64,000 bases of DNA from Planctomycetota bacterium. GTDB taxonomy: Bacteria; Planctomycetota; UBA1135; GCA-002686595. A program made the translations under genes and the position numbers. This document shows positions 27,394 through 37,193 of the stretch, piece by piece. The stretch spans positions 430,154 to 494,153 of the forward strand of contig JACKHT010000002.1 in the NCBI GenBank assembly GCA_020638855.1, read 5' to 3'. How positions within the stretch are numbered: position 1 is the stretch's first letter; every line of letters starts with the position of its first letter. A model generated the notes under the pieces. That model did no database searches, was not told the origin of the DNA, and saw nothing but the letters and a program-made list of their open reading frames with translations.

Positions 27394-29867
27394 GTTCCAG
27401 CGATCCCCTGCTCGAAATCCTGGAGGCCGCCTTGCAGCTCGAGGGCGCCAAGCGAGAGGCCTACCTACAGGAGCGTTGTGGCCAAGATGCCGAGTTGTTG
27501 CGCCGCGTGCGCGACCTGTTGAGCGAGGACTCGCAGTCGGCAGAGTGGGATTTGCAGCGACCCCGTGACCTCTTGTCCCCGATCCTTTCGGTTCGCCAGT
27601 TTCCCCTCTTGGGCGCGAGGCTTGGACCCTGGAAGCTGGTGCGTGTCTTGGGCGAAGGGGGCATGGGAACGGTGTACCTGGGAGAGCGCATCGATGCAGC
27701 GTTCACCCAACAGGTGGCCATCAAGGTCATCCGCCAAGACGTGCGCCAAGGGCGCATGCTCGAACGCTTCGACCAGGAGCGTCACATCCATGCGGCCCTC
27801 GATCACCCATCGATTGCGGCGCTGCTGGATGCGGGGCGCACGCCCGATGGTCTGCCGTACCTCGTGATGGAATTCGTTCCTGGTGAACGGATCGACCACT
27901 ACTGTGAGCATCAAGACTTGGACGCCGTCGAACGGATCCGCCTGTTCCAGCAAGTGTGCCAAGTCGTCCAAGACGTGCACCAACTCGGGGTTTTGCACCG
28001 GGACCTCAAACCGAGCAACTTGGTGGTGCAGCCCAACGGCAAGGTCAAACTGTTGGATTTTGGAGTTGCACTTGTTTTGGGAGCCGGGGCCAACACAGAA
28101 AACGGTGAGTGGCCGTTTTTGACGCCCGCCTATGCCAGCCCGGAGTGCCTGCTGCGCAAGTCCATCACACGAGCCAGCGACCAGTATTCTCTAGGCATCA
28201 TCCTGCAGGAATTGCTCACCGATCGTCGCCCGCTGCTGGCGCGCTCCGGCGAAACTCCTGGAACCGACTCCACCAGCGGGTCCAGCCCTGGGTCGCCCCC
28301 CTCGCTGGGCCGACTACGCCGCGGGTCGCTCGCGATGTACCCCGACAATGGACGCTTCCTACGCGATCTGCGCGCGATTCTGTCGCGCAGTTTGGATCCA
28401 GATCCGCGCAATCGCTACGCGACCATCCGGGATTTGGAGCAGGACTTGGTGTGCCTCCTGGAAGGCGAAGCCGTCAAAGCCCGCCCGGTAGGTACCTGGG
28501 AAGGGCTGCGACGCAAGTGGTCGCTTTACCGACTGCCCATTGCGGGCGTGGGTCTGTTGTCCTTGCTCTTGGCGGGCAGTCTCGGGTACACCCAATACAA
28601 GGGCAAACAGTACCGCACGGCGCTCCAGCAGTCGAAGGTGGCCCGCGCCGACGCCGAGGAACATGCGCAGGTCATGGAGCGCTTTGCGCGCGAGATCCTG
28701 ACCGGACTGGAGCTGCGCTTGCGGCAAGTGCCCAATGCCTACGCGATCCGTGACATGTTGCTGTCGATCGGCACGCAATTTTTTGAGCGCGATCGCTATG
28801 CCAAGTCGATCCCGGAGGGGCTGCTGGTGACCGTTTTGGACGCCTATCGCAACCTAGCCCTGCTCCGGATGTACCCCATGGAGGGTGGAGGAACTCGCCT
28901 CCGTGACGCGATGGAGGCCTTTGGCAAGGCCTACGCGCTGATCCCAACCTTGGAGGCTGCCAATCCGCAACGTGGGCAACGCTACCGAGGCCTCCTGCTG
29001 CTCGACTGGGGCCTAGCGGAGACCGACAACCTCCATTTGGAGTCGGGGTTCCAGAAACTCCGGCAGGCTCAAGCGATTTTCGATGGCGCCGCCGATCGCA
29101 GCCAGCAACCCGCCCACCCGGAGGATGCGCTGCGCACCCTGCTGTCGATCGCCTCGAACCGCAACCAGGCTGGGGAGGCGAAAGCCGCGGTGGCGGCACT
29201 CGACCGCCTAGCCAAGGTCGAATCGCTGCTCAGTGCCGAGCGCCTGACCGACCCCTTCTTGGAAGGTACCTGCTTCATGGTCAACCTCAGCGCGGCCAAC
29301 CTATGGTGGGACTTGGGGCAAGAAGACCGCGCCCGCACGCTCTACACCGAGCTGCACCAAAAGAACTGGTCGCACCCCAGCGGCAATCCGAATCAGGACG
29401 TCATCAGCGCTTTGGGCTACATCAACCGGCTCAAACTCGACTGGCGCATGGATCCCAAGGCCCCCACCGAGTCCTTGCTGAACCGCTTGGATGGCGTCTT
29501 GCAAGGGCTTCTGCGAGCCGACGTGGAAGACACCCACTACGCGGAGGGGGTAGCCCAGCTGTACAGCTTGCGCGCGCGGATCTTGAACGGAGCGGGTGCT
29601 CCGAGGCAAGCTGCGGAAGCTTTGGAGGAAGCCTTCCGCTTCTGGCGCTTCTGCATCCGAGCCGATCCCGACAACGCCTCCGCCAAACGGGCGATGACGG
29701 AAGACTTGCTGCTCGGCGTGGACCTAGCCCGAAACGAAGGAGCCTCCCCCGCCCGCATCCAAGAACTACGCGAAGAGGCCCGGGCCTACCTGGAAGCCCT
29801 CAAGCACTTGGGAGTCGACCACCCCCTCGTCGCCCAACGAATCCGCGAACTCGACGCAGGGCGCTGA
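27390..29867 (+). CDS. Ser/Thr protein kinase (canonical) with conserved N-terminal leader, TM segment and C-terminal TPR-like repeats, 825 aa
   Basis: LGEGGMGTVYLG, VAIKVIRQD, HRDLKPSNLVV, LLDFGVA and AYASPECLL motifs. N-terminal DPLLEILEAALQLEGAKREAYLQERCGQDAELLRRVRDLL. TM LYRLPIAGVGLLSLLLAGSLGY. The ATG at 27390 overlaps the pseudokinase stop (ATGA). Confidence 0.85.
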   Translation: MSSSDPLLEILEAALQLEGAKREAYLQERCGQDAELLRRVRDLLSEDSQSAEWDLQRPRDLLSPILSVRQFPLLGARLGPWKLVRVLGEGGMGTVYLGERIDAAFTQQVAIKVIRQDVRQGRMLERFDQERHIHAALDHPSIAALLDAGRTPDGLPYLVMEFVPGERIDHYCEHQDLDAVERIRLFQQVCQVVQDVHQLGVLHRDLKPSNLVVQPNGKVKLLDFGVALVLGAGANTENGEWPFLTPAYASPECLLRKSITRASDQYSLGIILQELLTDRRPLLARSGETPGTDSTSGSSPGSPPSLGRLRRGSLAMYPDNGRFLRDLRAILSRSLDPDPRNRYATIRDLEQDLVCLLEGEAVKARPVGTWEGLRRKWSLYRLPIAGVGLLSLLLAGSLGYTQYKGKQYRTALQQSKVARADAEEHAQVMERFAREILTGLELRLRQVPNAYAIRDMLLSIGTQFFERDRYAKSIPEGLLVTVLDAYRNLALLRMYPMEGGGTRLRDAMEAFGKAYALIPTLEAANPQRGQRYRGLLLLDWGLAETDNLHLESGFQKLRQAQAIFDGAADRSQQPAHPEDALRTLLSIASNRNQAGEAKAAVAALDRLAKVESLLSAERLTDPFLEGTCFMVNLSAANLWWDLGQEDRARTLYTELHQKNWSHPSGNPNQDVISALGYINRLKLDWRMDPKAPTESLLNRLDGVLQGLLRADVEDTHYAEGVAQLYSLRARILNGAGAPRQAAEALEEAFRFWRFCIRADPDNASAKRAMTEDLLLGVDLARNEGASPARIQELREEARAYLEALKHLGVDHPLVAQRIRELDAGR

Positions 29868-29887
29868 GATTCGCCCCTGGCACGATC

Positions 29888-30460
29888 CTAAGCGCGCAAA
29901 CGATCGCGCAGCCAAATGCGCGCCACTTTCCAACGTCGCTCGACGGTGGCAGGAGAAAGCTCCAGGATGCGAGCGGTTTCTTCGATGGTCAGGCCCGCGA
30001 AGAAGCGCAGCTCTACCAAGCGGGCCAACTCCGCATCGGCCAACGCCAATTGGTCCAGAGCTTCGTGCAAGGCAATCACGTCGAGCGATTGCTCTTCGAA
30101 AGCCACCACGACTTGGTCGAGTGGCAAAGGACGCTCCGAACCGCCCCGCTTGACGGCGTTGCGCTTGCGAGCATGGTCCACCAAGACGTTGCGCATGGCC
30201 TTGGCTGCAACCCGGATGAAGTGCTGCCGGTCTTGCCAATGGGGCGTCTCATCGGTCCCCAACAGGCGCATGTAGGCCTCGTGGACCAGCGCGGTGGGTT
30301 GGAGCGTGTGGGATTCGCGCTCGCCCCGCATGCACGACGAAGCCACGCTACGCAGCTCCTGATAGACGTAGGGCAAGAGCGCCTCACCGGCCGACTCGTC
30401 CCCCGCACACAGCCGCGCGAGGAGCTGGGTGGCTTCGCTGGAACTAGGAGGGATGGGCAT
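29888..30460 (-). CDS. ECF-type sigma-70 family factor (regions 2 and 4), 190 aa
   Basis: Region 2 EALLPYVYQELRSVASSCMRGERESHTLQPTALVHEAYMRLL and region 4 HTH LVELRFFAGLTIEETARILELSPATVERRWKVARIWL. The start is at the internal ATG (MPIPPSSSEATQLL). The 127-codon upstream extension has no sigma-like sequence. Confidence 0.75.
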   Translation of the reverse strand: MPIPPSSSEATQLLARLCAGDESAGEALLPYVYQELRSVASSCMRGERESHTLQPTALVHEAYMRLLGTDETPHWQDRQHFIRVAAKAMRNVLVDHARKRNAVKRGGSERPLPLDQVVVAFEEQSLDVIALHEALDQLALADAELARLVELRFFAGLTIEETARILELSPATVERRWKVARIWLRDRLRA

Positions 30461-30620
30461 GGAAGGTGGCGAAGGGCTGGATCCCCAGTCTACCCCAAAC
30501 CACCTTGGCCCCGGGGCTACCAGCCCACCGGCCAGCATGGATTCCCCGTGAATGGGGCCGCCCTCCGGGTGTAGAGTAGGAGCCGTCCGGCACCCCCGGT
30601 GCCCCGAACGGAGAAACGCC
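30461..30620. promoter_or_regulatory. 160-bp divergent intergenic region shared by the ECF sigma gene and the nfeD-flotillin operon
   Basis: The only non-coding space between the divergently transcribed sigma (minus) and nfeD (plus) genes. A GGAGA SD lies 6 nt before the nfeD ATG. Promoter elements were not resolved by eye. Confidence 0.3.
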
Positions 30621-31172
30621 ATGGCTTGGATCCTTGAGAATTGGTCTTCCCAGACCCTGTTTGTGGGCTGCGCCATCGTGGGCGGGGCCATCCTGCTGCT
30701 CCAGCTCGTGTTGCTTCTATTCGGAGTCGACGGGGATGCAGACTTGGATGTGGACGGAGGCGACGGTTTTGGATTTGCCTCGATCCGGACCCTCTCCAGC
30801 TTGGTCGCCACCTTCGGACTGGTGGGCTGGTGGGCCCTCAACGAAGGCTACTCCCCGGCCGCGGCCACTGGCTTTGGCGCGGTGGCTGGGCTCCTGATGA
30901 TGTTCCTGGTCGCCTGGCTGTTCTCGCTGCAAAGCAAACTCTTCCAAGACGGCACAGTGGACAGCACCCGAGCGGTGGGCTTGGTGGCCACCGTCTACCT
31001 GCGCATCCCCGCCGCCGGAGAAGGCAAAGGCAAGATCACCGTAGCCCTGCAGGGCCGCACCCATGAGTTCGCCGCTTCGACCAAGGGCTCGGCCATCCCC
31101 ACCGGAGCCGAAGTCCGCGTGGTCGCACAAACTTCCCCCAACACTTTTGAAGTGGAGCCCCTATCCGAATGA
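30621..31172 (+). CDS. NfeD-like (YqiJ-type) membrane protein with C-terminal OB-fold
   Basis: Two N-terminal TM helices, an acidic loop DGDADLDVDGGDG and C-terminal beta-strands (KGKITVALQGRTHEFAAS...VRVV). The stop overlaps the flotillin start (ATGA), the canonical nfeD-floT arrangement. Confidence 0.65.
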   Translation: MAWILENWSSQTLFVGCAIVGGAILLLQLVLLLFGVDGDADLDVDGGDGFGFASIRTLSSLVATFGLVGWWALNEGYSPAAATGFGAVAGLLMMFLVAWLFSLQSKLFQDGTVDSTRAVGLVATVYLRIPAAGEGKGKITVALQGRTHEFAASTKGSAIPTGAEVRVVAQTSPNTFEVEPLSE

Positions 31173-32821
31173 CATCCAGCATGATGCCCCTCGCTTTCGC
31201 CAAGTCCGCGTTCCCCGAGAACGCCGTACCGGCCCTGATCGCCCTCTTGGTGATCGTTGTTTTGGCCGGTTTCTTCCTGATCATAGCCCGGCGCTACAAG
31301 CGCTGCCCCTCCAACAAGATCCTGGTGATCTACGGGCGCACCTCGCGGGGGCAAACCGCCAAAACGGTCCACGGGGGCGGTACCTTCGTGTGGCCCTTGC
31401 TCCAAAGCTACGACTACATCTCGCTCGAGCCCATGCAGATCGAGATCCCGTTGCAAGGGGCTCTTTCGCTCGAGAACATCCGCGTTTCGGTGCCCAGCGT
31501 GTTCACGGTCGCGGTGGGAACCGAAACCGAACAGATGAACAACGCCGCCGTGCGCCTCTTGTCGCTCACCCGCGGTGAGATCATGAAGCAAGCCGAAGAC
31601 ATCATCTTTGGCCAGCTCCGCCAGGTGATCGCCTCGATGAAAATCGAGGAGATCAACAAGGATCGCGACGTGTTCTTGACCAAGGTCCAATCGAGCTTGG
31701 AGCCCGAACTTTCGAAGATCGGCCTCGTGCTGATCAACGTCAACATCAAGGACCTCACCGACGAGTCGGGCTACATCGAAGCCATCGGCCGCAAGGCCGC
31801 TTCGGAGGCCATCAACCAGGCCGAAATCGACGTGGCCAAGCAGGAGCAGCTGGGCGCCATTGGGGTGGCCGCGGCGGACAAGGAGCGTTCGATCCAGGTG
31901 GCCGAACTAGAGAAGGTCCGCGACGTGGGGACCAAGTCCGCCGAGCGGGATCGAAGCGTGGAAATCGCCGAACTCGACCGCGACCGTATCATCGGGGAGA
32001 AACGCGCGGAGTTCACCCGGGAATCCGCCGTGCGCGACGCCCAGCGCGAAATGCGTATCCAAGTGGCCGACGCCGATGCCCACGCGGTGACCGGTGAGAA
32101 CGAGGCGCGCGCCTTGATCGCCAAGACCAACGCCGACCTGCAGGTGCAGGAAGCCAACGCCTACCAAATCGGGGAAACCCGCCAGCGCGAGGCCAAGGCG
32201 GCGGTGCTCGAAGCCGAGTACCTCGCCCAGGCCAAGGCCGCCGAGGCCCAAGGCAAGAAGATCGAAGCCGAAAAGCGCGCCGAGTTGGAGGCAACTGCGC
32301 GGGCCGTTAAGGCCCAAACCATCGTCGACGCCGAAGCCGCTGCCGAACGCGACCGCATCCGCGCCGAAGGCGAAGCCAAGGCCAACTTTGCGCGCCTCGA
32401 GGCCGAAGCCCGGGGCCAATACGAAATCTTGGCCAAGAAGGGTCAGGGTCTGCGCGAGATCATCGAAAGCTGCGGCGGTGCCGACCAAGCCTTCCGCATG
32501 CTGATGCTCGAGCACATCGACCACATCGCCGAAACCGCCGCCAACGCTATCTCCAACATCAAGTTCGACAAGATCGTGGTGTGGGATGGGGCCCAAGGCG
32601 GCGACGGAACCGGAGGAACGGGAACCAGCCGTTTCCTGCGCGGGCTGGCGGGTTCGTTGCCCCCGGCTTTGCAAATGATGCGTGATATCGGTGGAGTCGA
32701 AATGCCCGACTTCTTCGGCAAGTTGATCCTCGAAGACGACCAGCCCAAAGCGCCCGATGCGGACTCCGAGGCCCCGGATGGCGACGCCAAACCCGGCAAG
32801 ACTCCGCCTAAGGGCTCCTGA
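31169..32821 (+). CDS. Flotillin / SPFH (band 7) domain protein, YqiK-like, 550 aa
   Basis: N-terminal TM, an SPFH core (CPSNKILVIYGRTSRG...GGTFVWPLLQSYDYISLEPMQIEIP) and a long EA-rich coiled-coil flotillin tail. Confidence 0.8.
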   Translation: MTSSMMPLAFAKSAFPENAVPALIALLVIVVLAGFFLIIARRYKRCPSNKILVIYGRTSRGQTAKTVHGGGTFVWPLLQSYDYISLEPMQIEIPLQGALSLENIRVSVPSVFTVAVGTETEQMNNAAVRLLSLTRGEIMKQAEDIIFGQLRQVIASMKIEEINKDRDVFLTKVQSSLEPELSKIGLVLINVNIKDLTDESGYIEAIGRKAASEAINQAEIDVAKQEQLGAIGVAAADKERSIQVAELEKVRDVGTKSAERDRSVEIAELDRDRIIGEKRAEFTRESAVRDAQREMRIQVADADAHAVTGENEARALIAKTNADLQVQEANAYQIGETRQREAKAAVLEAEYLAQAKAAEAQGKKIEAEKRAELEATARAVKAQTIVDAEAAAERDRIRAEGEAKANFARLEAEARGQYEILAKKGQGLREIIESCGGADQAFRMLMLEHIDHIAETAANAISNIKFDKIVVWDGAQGGDGTGGTGTSRFLRGLAGSLPPALQMMRDIGGVEMPDFFGKLILEDDQPKAPDADSEAPDGDAKPGKTPPKGS

Positions 32822-32939
32822 GGCACGAGTCCTGAGGCATGACGGCAAGGCCCATGCGGCCACCCACGGGGGGATTCGGTGCGACCGAGTCCCCCCGCTT
32901 CTTTTTTGCTTGTGGGCAGCGCCTCGCTAGACTCCCGCC

Positions 32940-33617
32940 ATGGGTATCCTCCTTGAGGCGCGTGGCGCGGCATTTGGCTACCGGGGCCGAGCCGTCATCT
33001 CTGACATCCACCTGGCGTTGCGCTCGGGCGAGCTGATCGGAATCGCTGGCCCCAACGGGGCGGGCAAATCCACCTTGTTCCGCGGGTTGCTTGGCTTGAT
33101 TCCCCCACTGCGGGGATCGCTGGAGCGCCACGCCCGTGCCATCGGCTACGTCCCCCAGAACGAGGTGCTCGACGCCCTCTATCCCCTGAGCGCGCTCGAA
33201 GTGGTTTGCATGGGCAGCTTCACCCGGCTCAAGGGCTTGCGTCGAGTTTCCAGCGCCGACCGCGAACTGGCCCGCGCCTGCTTGGTCCGCGTCGAACTCC
33301 CCGATGTGGGTTCGAAGCCCTACGCCAGCCTCTCCGGCGGCCAGCGCCAGCGGGTGCTGATCGCCCGAGCCCTGATGATCCGACCCGACCTGATGCTGCT
33401 CGACGAGCCCACCTCCGGGGTCGACGACCGCGCGGCGCAAATCATCTTGGGGCTCTTGGCCAACCTCGCTACCGAGGAGGGAGTCGGCGTGGCGATCGTC
33501 TCGCACCAGTTGGATCTCTTGCGCAGCCACTGCAGCCAGGTCGCCTGGGTCGCCGACGGGACGGTGCGTGTCGGCGCTCCAGCGACTATCCTGGCCCCCA
33601 TCGGAGGATCGCTATGA
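32940..33617 (+). CDS. ABC transporter ATP-binding protein, metal (Zn/Mn) uptake ZnuC-like
   Basis: Walker A GPNGAGKST, signature LSGGQRQR, Walker B LMLLDEPTSGVD. 225 aa. Confidence 0.8.
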   Translation: MGILLEARGAAFGYRGRAVISDIHLALRSGELIGIAGPNGAGKSTLFRGLLGLIPPLRGSLERHARAIGYVPQNEVLDALYPLSALEVVCMGSFTRLKGLRRVSSADRELARACLVRVELPDVGSKPYASLSGGQRQRVLIARALMIRPDLMLLDEPTSGVDDRAAQIILGLLANLATEEGVGVAIVSHQLDLLRSHCSQVAWVADGTVRVGAPATILAPIGGSL

Positions 33618-34495
33618 GCTGGTCGCTCGCCTTCGAGCTGTTCGGCTTGTCGATCGCCGCCGCGCTCATTGCGGGTTGGGTGGTGCCGCACATGGGCTGC
33701 TACCTGTTCCTTCGCCGCACGAGCTTCTACGGGTTGGCCTTGCCCCAGTTGGCGGCCTGCGGGGTCGCCTGCGGCTTTGCGGTCATGCCTTGGTGGATCC
33801 ACCACGTGGGATTGGCGGACCTGGACCTTTCGACCGCCATGGAGGACACCCACGCCGCCATGAACTACCACCTGGGATGGGCATCTTTGTTCACCTTTGG
33901 CGGACTAGGAATCCTCGTGGTGCTCGGACGCCATCGCGGATCGGAGGTGGCCCGGGTGGCGGGCCTATTCGTACTGGCCAGCGCCGCTACGGTCCTGTTC
34001 GCCCACCTGTCTCCAACCGGCGAGATCTTTGTCAGCGAACTCCTGCGGGGCGAGATTCTTTCGGTCGGGCGCCACGAGTTGGAAACCCTGGGCGTCGTCC
34101 TCGGACTCGCCTACTTGCTTTTGCTCTGGCTGCAGAACGATCTGCTTCTGGTGAGTTACGACCGTGAGAGCGCCCAAGTTGCGGGCAAACGCGTACTGGC
34201 TTTGGAAACCCTGCTAGCGATCCTGATCGGAGCCACGGTTGCTGCGGGCACGATGACCGTGGGGCCGGTGGTCCTGTTCGGACTGTTGGTGTTGCCCCCC
34301 ATCGCGGCCCGCCCCTTCGCCCGATCGATGAACCAATTCCTTTTGCTTTCGGGCGGAATGGGGCTCTTGGGTTCGAGCTTAGGCCTCTTGGCCTCGTTCG
34401 GGTGGGACCTTCCGCTGGGGCCCTGCGTGGTCTTGGGCTGTGGCGTGTGCACGGCCCCGGGCTGGATCGTAGCGCGCATTTGGCGCGAGGCGTAG
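33614..34495 (+). CDS. ABC-3 family metal transporter permease (ZnuB-like)
   Basis: Polytopic membrane protein. The ATG at 33614 overlaps the ATPase stop (ATGA). The ORF-track N-terminal extension to 33206 is in-frame Arg-rich junk that overlaps the ATPase gene. Confidence 0.7.
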   Translation: MSWSLAFELFGLSIAAALIAGWVVPHMGCYLFLRRTSFYGLALPQLAACGVACGFAVMPWWIHHVGLADLDLSTAMEDTHAAMNYHLGWASLFTFGGLGILVVLGRHRGSEVARVAGLFVLASAATVLFAHLSPTGEIFVSELLRGEILSVGRHELETLGVVLGLAYLLLLWLQNDLLLVSYDRESAQVAGKRVLALETLLAILIGATVAAGTMTVGPVVLFGLLVLPPIAARPFARSMNQFLLLSGGMGLLGSSLGLLASFGWDLPLGPCVVLGCGVCTAPGWIVARIWREA

Positions 34496-34506
34496 GTCCC
34501 TCGCAC

Positions 34507-34857
34507 CTAGGGGTGCTGGACTTCGATCACCGTACCGATCCCACCGCGCACGTAGAAGTCGCCTTCGACCGTCATCGAGCGCGGTTGGACTGCGGCCACG
34601 AGGTCATCCAGAATTTGGTTGGTCACCGCCTCATGGAAGGCCCCCTTGTCGCGGAAGGACCACAGGTACAGCTTGAGGCTTTTGAGTTCGACACAGCGCT
34701 GATCAGGCACGTACGCAATGCGCAGCGTGGCAAAGTCCGGTTGCCCAGTCTTTGGGCACAGACAGGTGAACTCGGGGCACTCGAACCGAATCTCGTAATC
34801 CCGCTCCGGGTTGGGGTTCGGGAAGGACTCGAGCGAAGTGTTCGGTTGGGTACTCAT
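34507..34857 (-). CDS. queF: NADPH-dependent 7-cyano-7-deazaguanine reductase QueF (unimodular type), 116 aa
   Basis: Catalytic Cys region [13 protein letters not shown] and the QueF motif [12 protein letters not shown]. The ATG is at 34857. The 58-codon upstream extension was rejected. Confidence 0.85.
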   Translation of the reverse strand: MSTQPNTSLESFPNPNPERDYEIRFECPEFTCLCPKTGQPDFATLRIAYVPDQRCVELKSLKLYLWSFRDKGAFHEAVTNQILDDLVAAVQPRSMTVEGDFYVRGGIGTVIEVQHP

Positions 34858-34916
34858 GGTGGCGGCGCGGGGTTGGGCGGATGGGGCGAAGAGGATCGGC
34901 GAAGTCGGCCCTAGGG

Positions 34917-37103
34917 TCAAGGCCCCAGCTCGCGCCGTCCCCTCGCGCGCGCCATGGTGACCCCATCCACGCGAGCCTCGAGGCGCCACACCAAGGGTCC
35001 TTGCCCCTTCTTCAGCAGGCCTTCGGTCCACTCCGCCATACCCGGCGCGCTGAGCCGACCCCGTTGGCTCGGCCCCAGGTCAAACTCGGCGTAGCGCAGG
35101 AAGTCGAGATCCAATAGTTCCAAGTACCACTGGGGCGCGGCTAGGTCTTGCGGCCAATTCACGCGCGAGACGTCGAACACCCAATCGTTGCCCACGCGCC
35201 GGGGCACGACTTCGGGCGGCAGGCTTTCGGGATCGCGGGCAAGTCGCAGCGACTGCTCCTCGCCCACGTGGCCAGGCAGCCAAAGCGCGGAGATCTCCCC
35301 GCCCAACAACCAAGCGAGGTGGTGCGAGAGGTCGAACACCGCTTCGGTCGCGCCGCCTGCGTGCCTACGCCACAACCCGAAGACTTCGTTGACCCCGGTC
35401 AATCCCGTTTCGCTCTTCCAGCGCAGCACCGGGGGCCCTTCCTCCTCGGAAGCGCGGGTGTTGGCCAACGTGAGCTGCACTTGTCGGTAGGTCAACGCAT
35501 GGAACTGCAGGTCTTCCTCGCCCGCTGAGCCCACCAGCTCCAGGGGTCGCGCTGCGGTAGGAAACAGGCCCACTTCGATCCCTTGCAAGGGGCTGGCGGA
35601 CCGGTTGGCGGGGGGTCCGTCGAACCAATCTTCCGCACCCAACACGACCAAGCCCCGTTGGCACTGCCGGCGGAACTCGGGCTCCGCGGAGAACAGCGCA
35701 AACGCCCCGGCGTTGCCCGCCCCCAGCCAGGGTTGGCGCGGGGGACGCGGGGTCACTTCGTACAGGAACATCGGGTCGAGCAGGTGCCGAACCGCCCCCT
35801 CCAGGGGCCGCACTCCAGCCACTTGATCGGGGAAGTCGAGCAAGAAGAACCCGGTCTTCCAGTCGCGCGCTTGGGCCTGCTCTACCAGGTTGCGTCGCAA
35901 TTCGGTGACGCGGTCGGCGGCGCGCTCGAAGGGCCGGGCGTGGCCGCGCCCCAGCAACGCAAAGGCGACACAAACCACCGCCGGGATCAAAGTACGGCGT
36001 ACCCCATGAATCGCGGTGGCAGCGATCGCCGATCCCACCGCCATCACAAACGTGGCTGGGAACAGGACTTGGGAGCCCGCCAAACTCCCCGGCTCGACGC
36101 GTCGCCCGAGCGAGTACACCTCGGCCAGGATCAAGGCTGCGGCCCAGCCGAGCAGGATGCGTCCCCACAAACGCGGGGCCGACCGGGCCGCTACGAAACC
36201 CGGATGCAACGCCAGCAGCAGTGCGATCACCGCCAACGCATAACCCACTTTGCCGATGCCGTAGGTATCGACCGGCAGGAGCAAGACTCCTAGTTTTTCC
36301 AGGGCTAGCGCCACGCCCCCCAATTGCCGCCAAGGCCCCAAGGGTGGGCCCAGGGTTTCGGGCGCGAAGCGGTGACGCAAGACCCATTCGATCGAGACCA
36401 GCGCCAAACAAACCACTGCGGTGACCAGCGCGGTACGCAATCGGGCGCCGATCGGGCGATGGCGCCGCGCGGAGAGGAACTCGAGTAGGCCCGCGAGCGG
36501 GGGCAGCAAGTACGCGATGCGCCCCGCAAAGGCCGCCACCAAGGCCAACAACACGGCGGCCAGCATGATGCGCGGGGCGCGGTCTTGGCGAGCCTTGAGG
36601 AAGAACCCCATGGACAGTGCCCCGCTCGCCGCCGCCATGAGTTCGCCGCGCTCGGCCACTTGAGCAGCGGTGCTGACCCCCAGCGGGTGCAGGAACAAAA
36701 ACAGCGCCGCGGTGACCCCCGCGCTGCGCGCTTGCTCGGCTCCGAGAAACGGCTGCAAGGCCTTTTGCAGCACCCCCCGCAGGGCGGCAGCGGCAATCAG
36801 CAGATACACCAGATTTTCGATGCGCAGCCACGTGGCTCCAAACTCCGACCAAGTCACCTCGGCGGTTCCACCGCCACGCGCCCAAAGGCGCTCGGAGAGC
36901 AGGAGCGACAGCGAAGCCAAAGGCCGGCCATCGATCTCGGGCACGGCATACAGGCCCCGCAAGCTCCCATCCCAGCGAGCCACAGCCGAAAGCACGGCGA
37001 AGTCCGAGCCAAAGAAGCCAGCAGGCAAAAGCGGGGCGTACACGTACAAGGCCAGGGCCAGGACGAGGAGGAGGATGCTCACCTTGCGCGCGCGCTCGGA
37101 CAT
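34917..37103 (-). CDS. Large polytopic membrane protein (728 aa), possibly a GT-C-type (PMT/ArnT-like) glycosyltransferase with C-terminal soluble domain
   Basis: About 12 predicted TM helices over the first 400 aa, followed by a 300-aa hydrophilic domain. The function is inferred only from architecture. Confidence 0.35.
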   Translation of the reverse strand: MSERARKVSILLLVLALALYVYAPLLPAGFFGSDFAVLSAVARWDGSLRGLYAVPEIDGRPLASLSLLLSERLWARGGGTAEVTWSEFGATWLRIENLVYLLIAAAALRGVLQKALQPFLGAEQARSAGVTAALFLFLHPLGVSTAAQVAERGELMAAASGALSMGFFLKARQDRAPRIMLAAVLLALVAAFAGRIAYLLPPLAGLLEFLSARRHRPIGARLRTALVTAVVCLALVSIEWVLRHRFAPETLGPPLGPWRQLGGVALALEKLGVLLLPVDTYGIGKVGYALAVIALLLALHPGFVAARSAPRLWGRILLGWAAALILAEVYSLGRRVEPGSLAGSQVLFPATFVMAVGSAIAATAIHGVRRTLIPAVVCVAFALLGRGHARPFERAADRVTELRRNLVEQAQARDWKTGFFLLDFPDQVAGVRPLEGAVRHLLDPMFLYEVTPRPPRQPWLGAGNAGAFALFSAEPEFRRQCQRGLVVLGAEDWFDGPPANRSASPLQGIEVGLFPTAARPLELVGSAGEEDLQFHALTYRQVQLTLANTRASEEEGPPVLRWKSETGLTGVNEVFGLWRRHAGGATEAVFDLSHHLAWLLGGEISALWLPGHVGEEQSLRLARDPESLPPEVVPRRVGNDWVFDVSRVNWPQDLAAPQWYLELLDLDFLRYAEFDLGPSQRGRLSAPGMAEWTEGLLKKGQGPLVWRLEARVDGVTMARARGRRELGP

Positions 37104-37193
37104 GGCGGGATTCTACCCATTCGACGGCTTGGTCCCCCGCTTCCGATGGGATACAAATGGACCTGTGGGATATCGAACCGCCCACAAAATGCC

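Noticed and set aside
34858-34916. preQ1 riboswitch upstream of queF
   Set aside because: The 59-nt leader is GC-rich, with no preQ1-I hairpin plus A-rich tail. queF is probably co-transcribed with the upstream membrane-protein gene.
35365-37185. 606-aa minus-strand ORF in an alternative frame over the large membrane-protein gene
   Set aside because: The Arg/Gly-rich product has no hydrophobic helices, while the chosen frame yields a coherent 12-TM protein. It also runs through the divergent promoter region.
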